DNA of 63,315 nucleotides, counting the filler, from Octopus bimaculoides (taxonomy: Eukaryota), in the NCBI RefSeq assembly GCF_001194135.2. It is 4 parts of 4 records of this genome, joined end to end, with 100 filler letters (N's around TTAATTAATTAA, not from the genome) between each part and the next. Parts side by side here need not be neighbours in the genome. Positions count along the whole stretch, not along the records: positions 31,817 to 54,619 come from NC_068995.1; positions 54,720 to 60,210 come from NC_068985.1; positions 60,311 to 63,315 come from NC_069000.1; 1 more part is not named here. One strand, 5' to 3'. A program made the translations under genes and the position numbers. Below the pieces are notes generated by a model. The model saw only the letters and a program-made list of their open reading frames with translations, ran no database searches and was not told the DNA's origin. Positions within the stretch are counted from its first letter, which is position 1. Every line of letters starts with the position of its first letter. Of this stretch, positions 52,100 to 63,315 are shown piece by piece.

Positions 52100-52372
52100 A
52101 TATGTATATATATATATACATATACATACATACATGCATATATATATATATATNNNNNNNNNNNNNNNNNNNNNNNNNNNNNNNNNNNNNNNNNNNNNNN
52201 NNNNNNNNNNNNNNNNNNNNNNNNNNNNNNNNNNNNNNNNNNNNNNNNNNNNNNNNNNNNNNNNNNNNNNNNNNNNNNNNNNNNNNNNNNNNNNNNNNNN
52301 NNNNNNNNNNNNNNNNNTATATATATACACACATATATTTATATATGCGCGTACATATATTCACACACACAC

Positions 52373-52403
<31 letters not shown>

Positions 52404-52450
52404 CATATACATATATATATACATACATATATATATATACATACATACAA

Positions 52451-52509
<59 letters not shown>

Positions 52510-53379
52510 CGTGTGTGTGTGTTTGTATACACCCATAAAACAAAATTTAGATTAAATAGCAATGTTATTCAGCTTTTAATTTCAACTGTAACAGAGAAGA
52601 CATAGTTTTTTTTCCAACTCCAGTGTTTAGAGTTAATAGCTATGCACAAGAAAATTGCTTTCCAAACAAACAAAAGCACTCAAAACATTCACAAAATCTC
52701 GTTAGTTTTCAGGCCGAGGCAAGGAAAGAGAACATCTAACACGTAATTCGCAAATGCAATCATTATTTTACAAAGTGGAACAACATAAAAATGTACAAAC
52801 GCCACGGTTGTTTTTGAGAATTTAATGTTAAATGTTTTAATGTGTAACTCTATAATGTTGTTGATATCAAAATTTTGTTGATACAACATTGTTTATGAGT
52901 TAGAAAGGCAAGCGCCCATTTAAAAAAATTTTTTTTTAGAGACATACTTGGTAGGATCATACACACAAACTGGTAACAAGTTTGTATTTACGCACCTCAT
53001 TGCTTAGCGCTGTCACCTCGCATTTTATTTATTACTGAAAAGTTCAACCTATCATTGAATAATGACGAGAATATCATAAGTGGGGACTTTCTGGTCTACC
53101 TTTCAGTGTTTACCTTTCCGCTCTCTGCTGCTGAAAAGGAGATAACCACTCCGAAATGCGCGCATACACCAGTCTGGTTAAGAGACGTTGTGAACTGACT
53201 CGGTGTGATTACACTTATCTGTCTTCAACCTGAAATTTTCTCTGAAACAAAATACAGTGAATGGTTTTCTTACGGGTTCGAATATGCCTCAAACATATTT
53301 GGACTGGTCACAAGTTTGTATTTATACACATCCTTGCTTAGCACTATCACCATGTAGAAATATCCTGGAATTCTTGGGG

Positions 53380-53550
53380 GCCTGGAATTCTAAGGGGTAG
53401 GCAGTCGATTACATTAACGCTCATACATGACTGGTACTTTATTTTATTCGACTCAAAAAGTAGTCGACCGCGACAGCATTTGAATTCAGAACGTAAGGAG
53501 TCGAAATAATTTTGTCCGGCGTGCTAACGATTCTGTCAGCTCACCGCCAT
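53380..53550 (-). mobile_element. SINE family A, degenerate
   Basis: Reverse-complement head (GTGCTAACGATTCTGTCAGCTCACCGCC) and centre. Confidence 0.7.
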
Positions 53551-53965
53551 ATCTGCATAGAGTTGGTTTCACTGCAACCACTGGACTCAATGTAATCGAC
53601 TTACTCCTCCTCAAAATTGCTGGCCTTGTGCCAAAATTTGAAACCAATTCCTGCGTGTCTAATAATTCGGTCTAATTTAGCAGACTGCGTTCTGTTCTGG
53701 TCCTAGTTCTTCATTAGATCATAAATAAATGAAATGACGTGTCTGTTGCCATTATAATGGACTTTATTCTTTGAACTTAAAATAGTAGTGTTTAAAAGTA
53801 ATGAAAACTCAAATTACTAAACAAAAGCGAGCTGGGGTAGATTTATTTTCAAAAGAGTTGTCAAGACAGTGAATGGAAAGAAAAACTTTAGGAGCATCTG
53901 ATCAAACAATTGGAATACTAATTGTCGAAGCCGACAGAGAATAAATGTAAAAACACATATCCGCA

Positions 53966-54065
<100 letters not shown>

Positions 54066-54073
54066 CATATATA

Positions 54074-54596
54074 CAGGGTGTCCCAAAAGTCACTGATGGG
54101 TTTCAATCTTTAATAACCTCCTTAGCATAACAAATAAATGCATGAAACCCTCTCTTTCAGGTATCCCGGGCTAGTCAAGTCTGGGGAACGTGAAGGCCAT
54201 TCAAAGTAGACCTCATACATGGTTTCCAGCAAGGTGGGGCAACTGCTCATACAGCAAGAGAAACAATGCAGTTGCTACGGCAATGCTTTGGAGAGAAAAT
54301 AATCTCCCGCTACGGCAATGTTAACCGGCCTTCGCGTTCTCCAGACTTGACTAGCCTGGATTTTTTCTTGTGGGGACACCTGAAAGAGAAGGTTTACATC
54401 AAGAAACCGGAGACCCTGGTGCAACTGAAGGAGAGCATCAATAGAGAAATCAGAGAAGTGGGGTCTGAAACTCTTGAGAGAAGATCATAGTTCAAGTTTG
54501 GAAAGGGCACCGGCGTGCGAAACCGAAAATGGCTGCCATTTAAGCGATGTCATTTTTCATATGTGATGTAGTGGAGTTGCAAAATGGGACACCCTG
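54074..54596 (+). mobile_element. Internally deleted Tc1/mariner element (maT/DD37D-like) with both TIRs and TA target sites
   Basis: TA|CAGGGTGTCCCA...TGGGACACCCTG|TA. Internal frame FQQGGATAHTARETMQLLRQCF...RSPDLTSLDFFLWGHLKEKVY; the catalytic Asp reads Gly. Confidence 0.9.
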
Positions 54597-54619
54597 TATA
54601 TATATATATATATATATAT

Positions 54620-54719
54620 NNNNNNNNNNNNNNNNNNNNNNNNNNNNNNNNNNNNNNNNNNNNTTAATTAATTAANNNNNNNNNNNNNNNNNNNNNNNNN
54701 NNNNNNNNNNNNNNNNNNN
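54620..54719. other. Artificial scaffold linker
   Basis: Identical 44+12+44 structure. Confidence 0.95.
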
Positions 54720-54783
54720 ATTAACATTGCTTATATATATATATATATATATATATACATGTTGATATAGATGCGTGTGCATT

Positions 54784-54850
<67 letters not shown>

Positions 54851-55317
54851 TGTGGGGACGTGTGTTCATGTATATGGGATTGTTTGAATGTGATACACTG
54901 TTTCTATATATTTTGCTGGTTTCTAATGATTTTGAATAAGTTTGTGTGCGAACATTTTTTCCTTCTCAATTCTTGCTCTGCAAATATCCTTCTTTTTGCC
55001 ACGTATGTTTAAACATAAGTTTTTGTTTCAGCTGCGCGATTTCTTAAACACATAAAAACATGCAAATGCATACACGAATATATATATATATGTACAATAT
55101 ATATGTATGTATACGTTCATACATGAATACGTAATTAAACATATAATTATACGTCTGTGTGTGTGTGTGTGCGAGTTTGTGTGTGTATGTGGGTGTGTGT
55201 GTGTGTGTGTGTGTGTGTTTACATCCGGATTTATAACGTATCAAATAGTGTTCGATATGTATGGTTGATTTTTAATTTATTCGAAGGTCAGTTTTTACTC
55301 TCCGCTCTTACTCTCAG

Positions 55318-55398
55318 TTTCGCGACGAAGGAAAGCAACGAAGGAAAGCCTGTAAGAAAACATGCAAGAAAGAAGTCATATGTGGTAACATGCCTTGA
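55318..55398 (+). CDS. Candidate cysteine-containing exon
   Basis: Strong polypyrimidine acceptor tttttactctccgctcttactctcag. Reads FRDEGKQRRKACKKTCKKEVICGNMP-stop, with a possible donor TGTG|gtaaca after 55384. Confidence 0.3.
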   Translation, partial: FRDEGKQRRKACKKTCKKEVICGNMP

Positions 55399-55991
55399 AA
55401 TACAGAAGCCTCACATAAAATGCAGATAAAATGAAACAAAGGAATACTAGCTATAGAATAGATGAGGATCTTATCAAAGCCCGATAACAGACAACAAAAC
55501 GTATTACAACAGAACTTTACTAACATGAGTACTTTTCTGCAAAATATTTCAGTTAATACTCCTTGGAAGCATATGGGCCTGCTAAGAAGGTAATGGCAAC
55601 TAATATAATATAAAGAAATCTTATTGTTCAAATGCAAATAGTAGTTGTCATGAAACCAATTGTTACATTCATTACTCAAGTAATGCACCATCTTCCCAGC
55701 TCACCATACATTCGCAACAACGAGCAGGGATATAACTCAGCGAATGATCGCAAATCTTTGCCCATTTTATCAATTTTTCTTCTTTTCTTTCTATATATCA
55801 CCGGTTCGTATTAATCCATGTCCATATTGATTATGCCTAATGAAATAATGGGTGTTTTCTGATATTTATCCGCCAAATAGTATGCAAATAAATGGTGTTC
55901 TGGAAAGTTATGTAACCCATTGTAATATCTTAAGTACAGAAAAATCATAGGGAAATATGACAAATGTTTTGCATATATTTATGTGTGTATG

Positions 55992-56047
<56 letters not shown>

Positions 56048-56236
56048 NNNNNNNNNNNNNNNNNNNNNNNNNNNNNNNNNNNNNNNNNNNNNNNNNNNNN
56101 NNNNNNNNNNNNNNNNNNNNNNNNNNNNNNNNNNNNNNNNNNNNNNNNNNNNNNNNNNNNNNNNNNNNNNNNNNNNNNNNNNNNNNNNNNNNNNNNNNNN
56201 NNNNNNNNNNNNNNNNNNNNNNNNNNAGAGAGAGAG

Positions 56237-56269
<33 letters not shown>

Positions 56270-56309
56270 CATGTATATATATCCAACACTTTCATCGGTC
56301 GGCATACAC

Positions 56310-56900
56310 CACACCGCTCTCACTACTTCCATCCACTACAAATACACCGACTCACGCTCATATCTTAACTTCTCCTCTTCCTCCTACCTTACACACGCAA
56401 AGCTGTCTATCTCCTACTCCTAATTCCTCCGTCTTCACAGGCTTTACAGTGACAACCATGGCTTTGACACTCAGTCTCAGCTCATGGCTCACTACTTCAC
56501 CTCTCGTAGATAGCCCCTCACCACTATCCACACAGCCCTTGCCAGAGCATGTTCTGTGATCCGTGCCTCTGCCGTCTCTCCCTGTACCCATCCCGATTCA
56601 CCGTTGCCTATCTCCCGTTTCCCCTCACCTACCACCCCTCCAACGTACCATTCTCCGAGCCTTCTGGCGACTCCAGTCCGCCCCTCTCCACCTTCTACAT
56701 CTTCCCCAACCTACCCCTTCTCTCCAAACAGCCACAACCTGCGTGACCACTACAGTTTCTTCCCTAATCCCACCTCCAACCTCATTCCTCTGCTCCCGTC
56801 CCTACCTCTCTAACACCACCATTCTCACAGACACCCATTGTCGTCCTTATCATATCACCGACTCTTTGACTTGCACTTCTTGCAAAGATTGTTTTTACTA
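56310..56900 (+). mobile_element. Penelope-like retroelement fragment (RT thumb region to start of GIY-YIG), disrupted
   Basis: Frames read TTSIHYKYTDSRSYLNFSSS...SISYS*FLRLHRLYSD, then FPLTYHPSN and YHITDSLTCTS, matching Penelope RT C-terminal and pre-GIY-YIG motifs. Contains stops and frameshifts. Confidence 0.85.
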
Positions 56901-58829
56901 ATTTTACCTTCTTATTGTATGATTTAAAAAACACTCTTTGACCATTTTTCCCCACCAACCACCTTAATACGTAAATGTCAAAACTGGTTTCTCTCTTAAT
57001 CTTAATGATATATTATTAGCCTTATTTATTCCACAATATTGTATTTGTGCAGCCTAGTATATACTGCCCTATGCGTTTTTCGGACCCCTTACAATATATA
57101 CCATTTTTGCTTTCATTTATTTGTTTATCTTCTCAATAGCCGGTCTTTTGTTTTTAAATTTTAACTGACCTATTACATCCAACGCTGGACCTTGGTCTAT
57201 CTCACTGCGAACAATAGGTGAATGGGCTTAATCATCTACTAGAAATTTTAAAAATTACATTTAATCGAATAGCACTTTATTATGATAAATACTAATAATT
57301 AGTACTATAAACATAATTATTAAAACTTATGATTAATTTGGAAACTTATTGGATCTTTACTGCTCCTTCGACTAAACATTTTGGCGTATCCCGCTATTAT
57401 TTTTTATTTTATTATTTAGCCAGCCTATTCCACCCCCAACCCAAAGGATTAACCCACCAAATACTATTTTAGGTCAAGTCATTTACTTAACGCCCCAAAG
57501 AGACACACAAGCAAAATGATATGATTATAACCATATTCAACTTCTTTTTCTTCTCTAAGCTCTTCTTTTTGTTATTTACGATGAAGTTCCATATTTCAGA
57601 TCAGTTTTATTACCAAATATGATAAATATTTATAGCATATCAATGGCAAAACCATACAACATTGGAAGAAGAAACAGCTGTTAGATGGGATGCAGTCTAT
57701 TTGTATTGAATTAATAAATAATAACTGATGTAAGTCAATTGTTGTTCAGTAATATTTCTCCATTTTCTGTTTTCTTTAAAATTTGATTTCTGATAAACTC
57801 ATGTATGTTTATCTTCGTCTTTACCTATAATTTATGAGCATAATATACTTGCGTATGTATGCCCTTGGTTAAACATAGGTAATATACCAGTATATATATT
57901 ACGCGTCCGTTCACAAGCATAAAATACACAACACTAGTGTTATCCCGCCTATATATTTGCATTATAAGTAGATTCCAAATTTCATATATCATTCTTTCAG
58001 ACATAATTCTATGTACTGATGCTGATGTGCGTCTGCTTCTGAATAAGCGTATATTGTTAATTGGAATTTCGTCATTAAAGATGGCCATTGTTGAATGTTA
58101 ATTATCGGATTGTTCAAGCATAAAGGTGTCCAGCATGGAAATGACATTTTCTTTAAGTGTATACCAATTTCATATAATCTACTTAACTCTGATCTTAACA
58201 TCACACAAAAACATCAAAGTAATTACAATTTATAAAATCCTCGCTAACAGTAAAATAATCGTATTTCGTGCCAACACACATGGTATCTTAATTCAATTGA
58301 AATGGCTAACGCAGTTCAAAGAGCAAAGGATTAATGTAACTGATCTTATATAATATATATTATCCTTCAGTTTTATGGTTGATTAATGTTAAGATGTTTC
58401 TATGCATGTAATTAATCTATGTCTGATTCGATTGTTTTCCTCGTTAGAAATTGAATCCGCTCGGTAATGTGTTTCAGTAGTAATTTTAATCTTGGATATT
58501 TCGTGAGAGCTAAGCGAACGGAAAGGAAGAATTAAGAATTATGGGAAGAATGCTAGTCTGGTTCACACTGTTTCCAACTGGTCAGACTAGTAACAATGAT
58601 TTCATTTGATCAGCTTCAAGAACAATTACAGATTTAGGCACTATATATCTTGCATTAATTGAAATCAGGAAAGTACAGCTCCAAATTAGGCAAAGTTTAA
58701 TTTATCGATAGCATATCAGCTTGGTCCACTGATTCGTGGGTAAGATAAATGTTTTTGATGTTACTTAGACGTCTAAAACAAGTTTCATAGTTTCGCTTAT
58801 ATATACACATTTAGACACATACAAATGTA

Positions 58830-59420
58830 TCACAAAATAAGTACCAGGCATGTACAACTGCTAATCTCACCGCAAACAGTGTCATCAACAAAATTTGAGA
58901 TCTTTTGATAATGCCAGTGAATATATCCTTCGAAAAAGGCTTTTGAGAAGCTGTTGTAGATATACTCCAGGCTATCTAACTTATACACGCAGGACAAGCT
59001 TGTGACTTCACACCGCCCCGAAAGTATACACTGTATTTTATTGAGAATCTTGTTCAATGGGCCTCGGTTTTCCAAATCTAAGTCCAAGCGATTTCACGCT
59101 GAGCTGTCTTCTTCAGTCATGACAACGTCTCTGCTACCACATTCCTAGCAGTAGACCAGCACTTGCTTATCATACTGAAACAGCATCTTCCTATCGTTTC
59201 ACTATTCTTTGTTTTAGTGGAGTGTTGTGCTACTATCCGAGCCTGTCATTCTAAGAATCATTTAACCCACTATCATCCTGTACTTAGTCAAATTCTGTGA
59301 CATCCATAGTTTCTGTTTATTTATTCTTCGACTTTTTCCATCTGTTGATACTAGGTTGTAAGACATCTGGGGAGAAGAATTCTTGGTATTGCAGCACATC
59401 CCTAAACTGCTGTCATTCTT
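58830..59420 (-). mobile_element. Highly degenerate CR1-like RT remnant
   Basis: Minus ORF has GRCEVTS...ISNFVDDT (decayed FADD motif), with a decayed DV..LSK..DS motif upstream. Confidence 0.4.
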
Positions 59421-60210
59421 TCGTCTGTGTCTTAAATGAGCAACTTTAACATGTTGTTGTGCCTGTAAATGACGATGTTAATCAGGCTCAGATATGGTAC
59501 CAGATATTTCCAAATGAACCTACTTCACTTCCTATTAAGATACATGAAATGGATAGCGCCACCTTATGTATTACGGTAAAACGCAGTTCAAGGGACCTGA
59601 TCGATATCACTTGATTATGAACTATTCATATTATTTTGCTTTACGTTTATTTTTGCATATGGAATACAGAAGTAAATGCATACAGCAAAAACAAAATAGA
59701 GAATGTTTACATGAATCAGCAATACAAGAACAAAGATATAAATTGAGATACTTCAATCAATTCTTATTCTATTTTCGTAATTTGTTCAACAGTTTCAAAG
59801 TGAACACGTTGCAATTTTTTCAATAACTATGTGAAACTACAGGATATATAGAAATATTTTCTGTTCTAATGAATGACAATGATGAAAGTAAAAAATATGA
59901 TTATTAATTTCTTGTTTGATTGCCTCCTTAGAATACCCAGAGCATATAAAGACACACTTGTATTATATATATATTATTTCTATTTTCTTATCACCACGTA
60001 AGGAAATATTTTGTCTTAATATTTCCATATTGTTTACAGTAAACATGAAAGTCGTAATGATATGGGTATTCGTAACATCTAAGATTTATTTATATTTGAA
60101 GAATCTGTTTATATATGTGTGCTTATGTTTATTTATTTATTTATGCATATATTTTATGTAAAATTGCGTTTATTGTATATGTGTATGTGTATTATATATA
60201 TATATATATA

Positions 60211-60310
60211 NNNNNNNNNNNNNNNNNNNNNNNNNNNNNNNNNNNNNNNNNNNNTTAATTAATTAANNNNNNNNNNNNNNNNNNNNNNNNNNNNNNNNNN
60301 NNNNNNNNNN
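60211..60310. other. Artificial scaffold linker
   Basis: Identical 44+12+44 structure. Confidence 0.95.
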
Positions 60311-60630
60311 ATACAAAGACCTGGAAATAGAGATAACTCGAATGTGGAATCTAAAAACAGAAACAATTCCTATCATAGTAGGTGCCTTAGGTATAATAAA
60401 AAAATATTCAGACAAATACATAACAAAAATAGCAGGACTTAAAAATATATATAACAGACAGAAAATTGCACTACTGGGTACTGCACACATTCTACGCAAA
60501 ACACTTTCAATACAGTAAACATAAGAGCACCACAGCAAACCACAGCACATACCTAAGGCGCACAGAGCTGCGCTCGGTAGTGAAGTGAAAGCACGTTATA
60601 AAAATAAAACTACTGAATAATAATAATAAT
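60311..60630 (+). mobile_element. R4/Dong-like (RLE-type) non-LTR retrotransposon 3' end
   Basis: Uninterrupted frame 60312-60518: YKDLEIEITRMWNLKTETIPIIVGALGIIKKYSDKYITKIAGLKNIYNRQKIALLGTAHILRKTLSIQ-stop, then a 3' UTR ending in (TAA)n. Confidence 0.8.
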
Positions 60631-60631
60631 A

Positions 60632-60666
<35 letters not shown>

Positions 60667-60667
60667 A

Positions 60668-61230
60668 AGTGCCCTGATGCAGTACCAGGCAGTGGACCTC
60701 ATGGCTTCATGTATATGTTTTGTCTTGGTATAAAACATGGGTTGCAGTAAATATTCTACCCAATACGACAGTTGCTTGACTATAACCAGTTGAGCATGTC
60801 CCTTAGTGGCTGACGATGTGTGTGCGTGTATGTGTGTACGTGTATATGTATGTGTGTATATATATATATACAATTCTCTGATCACGAGCAGGAATTGTTG
60901 GGGAACATCATATCCATGTGTTGGGAGGAATTCTTTGGTGTTTGAATAATTCATCTCTGGAAATATGTGTTGTTTCATTCCTCATCCTTAAACAAACCTT
61001 GATCAGAAACCCTTTGAGCTGGATGGATTACTCGACCTGAAGAAAAATTCTAGCTGGGTTCCAACTGAAAGGTCATGCACTGTTTATCTCGCTAAGAGAT
61101 TACCAGGGCGCGCATATATGGCTGTGATGCATGTGCCTGGTGTGCCCTTATCAAACGGGTAGTCATGATGGGTATATTGGGCTTCGTAAATTTCTACCCC
61201 AGCGTCACTTTGATGGCGTATGCTGTTTTC
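60668..61230 (-). mobile_element. Unclassified retroposon with internal (CA/TA)n tract
   Basis: Shares GATAAGGG(C/T)ACACCAGG...CAGGTCGAGTA with 35465-35620. Both ends abut AAT/GAT tracts. Confidence 0.55.
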
Positions 61231-61238
61231 TCTCATTA

Positions 61239-61273
<35 letters not shown>

Positions 61274-61356
61274 TAGTAATAACAATAATAATGATGATGA
61301 TGATGATGATGATGATGAGGATGATGATGATGATGATGATAATGATGATGATGATG

Positions 61357-61405
<49 letters not shown>

Positions 61406-62294
61406 GGATAATCAAATATATAGATGATAACGACAGCAGAATTCCAAAATATGCAGTAGATGAAGATGAAATGGAAGGAAGAGAATGAGGTGGAGGAGGA
61501 GGAGGAGGAGGGGAGAGGAAGATAATGAAGAGAAAACAAGACAGAAGAGTTTGTAGAGGAGGAGATAAGAGATAATTTATATAAAACAAATATTAATTTA
61601 GATACCAACATTATCACTGTTTTCATCTCTGTTGGTATGTTCAACAAATTCAGATATGTTAGCGTTTTTTTAAAATTTGTTATTATGATTATGCGAATAT
61701 AAATATGTATAAATAAGTATATATATATATGTGTGTATGTGCACGCGCGTGTGTGTGCGTGTATGTGTGTGCGTGTATGTGTGTGCGTGTATATGTATGT
61801 GTGTGTATATATATATNNNNNNNNNNNNNNNNNNNNNNNNNNNNNNNNNNNNNNNNNNNNNNNNNNNNNNNNNNNNNNNNNNNNNNNNNNNNNNNNNNNN
61901 NNNNNNNNNNNNNNNNNNNNNNNNNNNNNNNNNNNNNNNNNNNNNNNNNNNNNNNNNNNNNNNNNNNNNNNNNNNNNNNNNNNNNNNNNNNNNNNNNNNN
62001 NNNNNNNNNNNNNNNNNNNNNNNNNNNNNNNNNNNNNNNNNNNNNNNNNNNNNNNNNNNNNNNNNNNNNNNNNNNNNNNNNNNNNTATATATATATATGT
62101 ATATATATATATATAATACATACATACATGCTTACATTCGAGGACTACAGATCCAGTCCTTCACTGGAACTGTAAAAATCTGTAACACTTTCCAGAAGTT
62201 CATCATTTAACTATAAATGAGCATGTTTAGATATGCAAGTATATGCATGAGAATACATACATGAAGCATACAAATCTGTACATACATATATACA

Positions 62295-62328
<34 letters not shown>

Positions 62329-62584
62329 CCCTGTTGTTGATGTTGAAATTCCAATGAAGGAGCCTTGGATCTAGGTTAGAAACCGGCTCTTTCTTTATTG
62401 GCAAGAAATCTTGAAATAAACTGAATAATGACATACATACATACATACATGCATGCACGCACAAACATATATGTATATAAATTTACTATTTATACAAACA
62501 TATGATCAGCTTATGCATAATGATATTCATGTATACGTACAAAAAAAATAAGACCATTCCTTCTTATTGTTGTTGGTTTTTTTT

Positions 62585-63060
62585 CGCCGTCAGCATCCCT
62601 TAGCTTGAATAATTGTTTCAATGAGCTTGGGAAGAGCTGTCTACAAATCCTTCACCATCTTCACAGGTACCAGATACCATTCTCTGTGGCTGAGTTCCCA
62701 CGAATCTTCAAGATTGCATGGATTCTTCTGACGAACTTTGCTCTTTATTTCTGTCCACATTTGCTCGATGATATCTAAGACAGGGTTCTGAGCTGGCCAA
62801 TCTCTCAATACGGTAACACCTTCATCAGCCAAACTCTGTTGTGTTGCCCACGATCTTTGACATGGAGCTCCTTTATGCTGAAAAATCTCATCTTCATCCA
62901 AGTCTCGTATCAAATTGCCCTTCTGCAACTGGATGTATCTGGCACTAATCAAGTTACCGTCAATTTTAACCAACTTTCTTGAACCATAACTTTTTATGTA
63001 TCTCCAAGACAACTGACTCTTACCCACAAGTTTAACTGTTTTCGTCGTTTAACGTGGGTC
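62585..63060 (-). mobile_element. Tc1-like (DD34E) transposase C-terminal relic
   Basis: ORF 62641-63027 has IFQHKGAPCQRS and WPAQNPVLDIIEQMW; the second catalytic Asp appears replaced by Lys. Confidence 0.85.
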
Positions 63061-63315
63061 GTTTTGTTTTCCTGGAGGCTTTCTGACAAATTCTTGCTTA
63101 TTAGAAACTTTCTATATACATGTACATATATAATTATATATACATATTTGAATGTATATATATGTGTGTGCGTTTGTGTGAGTGTGTGTGTATAAATGTA
63201 ATACATAAACTAAATCAAATATATATATACATATATTTTTATACATGTATATGGATATATATATAGATATTTATATATGTGAATGTATATACATGTCTGA
63301 ATATATATATATATA

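Noticed and set aside
58712-58739. 28-nt candidate exon ISAWSTDSW resembling a TSP1 start
   Set aside because: Too short, weak acceptor, and on a different piece from the confirmed exons.
62350-62390. GAAGGAGCC...GGCTCTTTC stem with CCAATGA/GAAA
   Set aside because: The stem encloses the core positions in the wrong topology for a hammerhead; probably an ordinary repeat hairpin.

Overview
Repeat-dominated animal genomic DNA, most likely an octopus short-read assembly (inferred from tRNA-derived SINE families resembling octopus SINEs and from very dense microsatellites). About a fifth of the window is N gaps. Three identical 100-bp linkers (44 N + TTAATTAATTAA + 44 N) at 31717-31816, 54620-54719 and 60211-60310 indicate four artificially joined pieces, so no gene model should cross them. 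The only well-supported host coding sequence is two spliced + strand exons (32995-33186, 33646-33793) encoding consecutive six-cysteine thrombospondin type-1 repeats of an ADAMTS/ADAMTS-like protein. A few other candidate exons are weak. The rest is mobile-element debris: three or more SINE families; CR1-like, RTE-like, R4/Dong-like and Penelope retroelement fragments; mariner, maT and Tc1 relics; hAT- and Merlin-like MITEs. The most notable signals are five loci with minimal hammerhead-ribozyme motifs of the Penelope type (one structurally complete, plus an inverted pair inside the intron between the two exons) and a perfect (TTAGGG)6 tract fused to a truncated SINE inside a MITE. I found no convincing new multi-gene system. 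Nearly all ORFs in the supplied track are microsatellite or N-gap artefacts.
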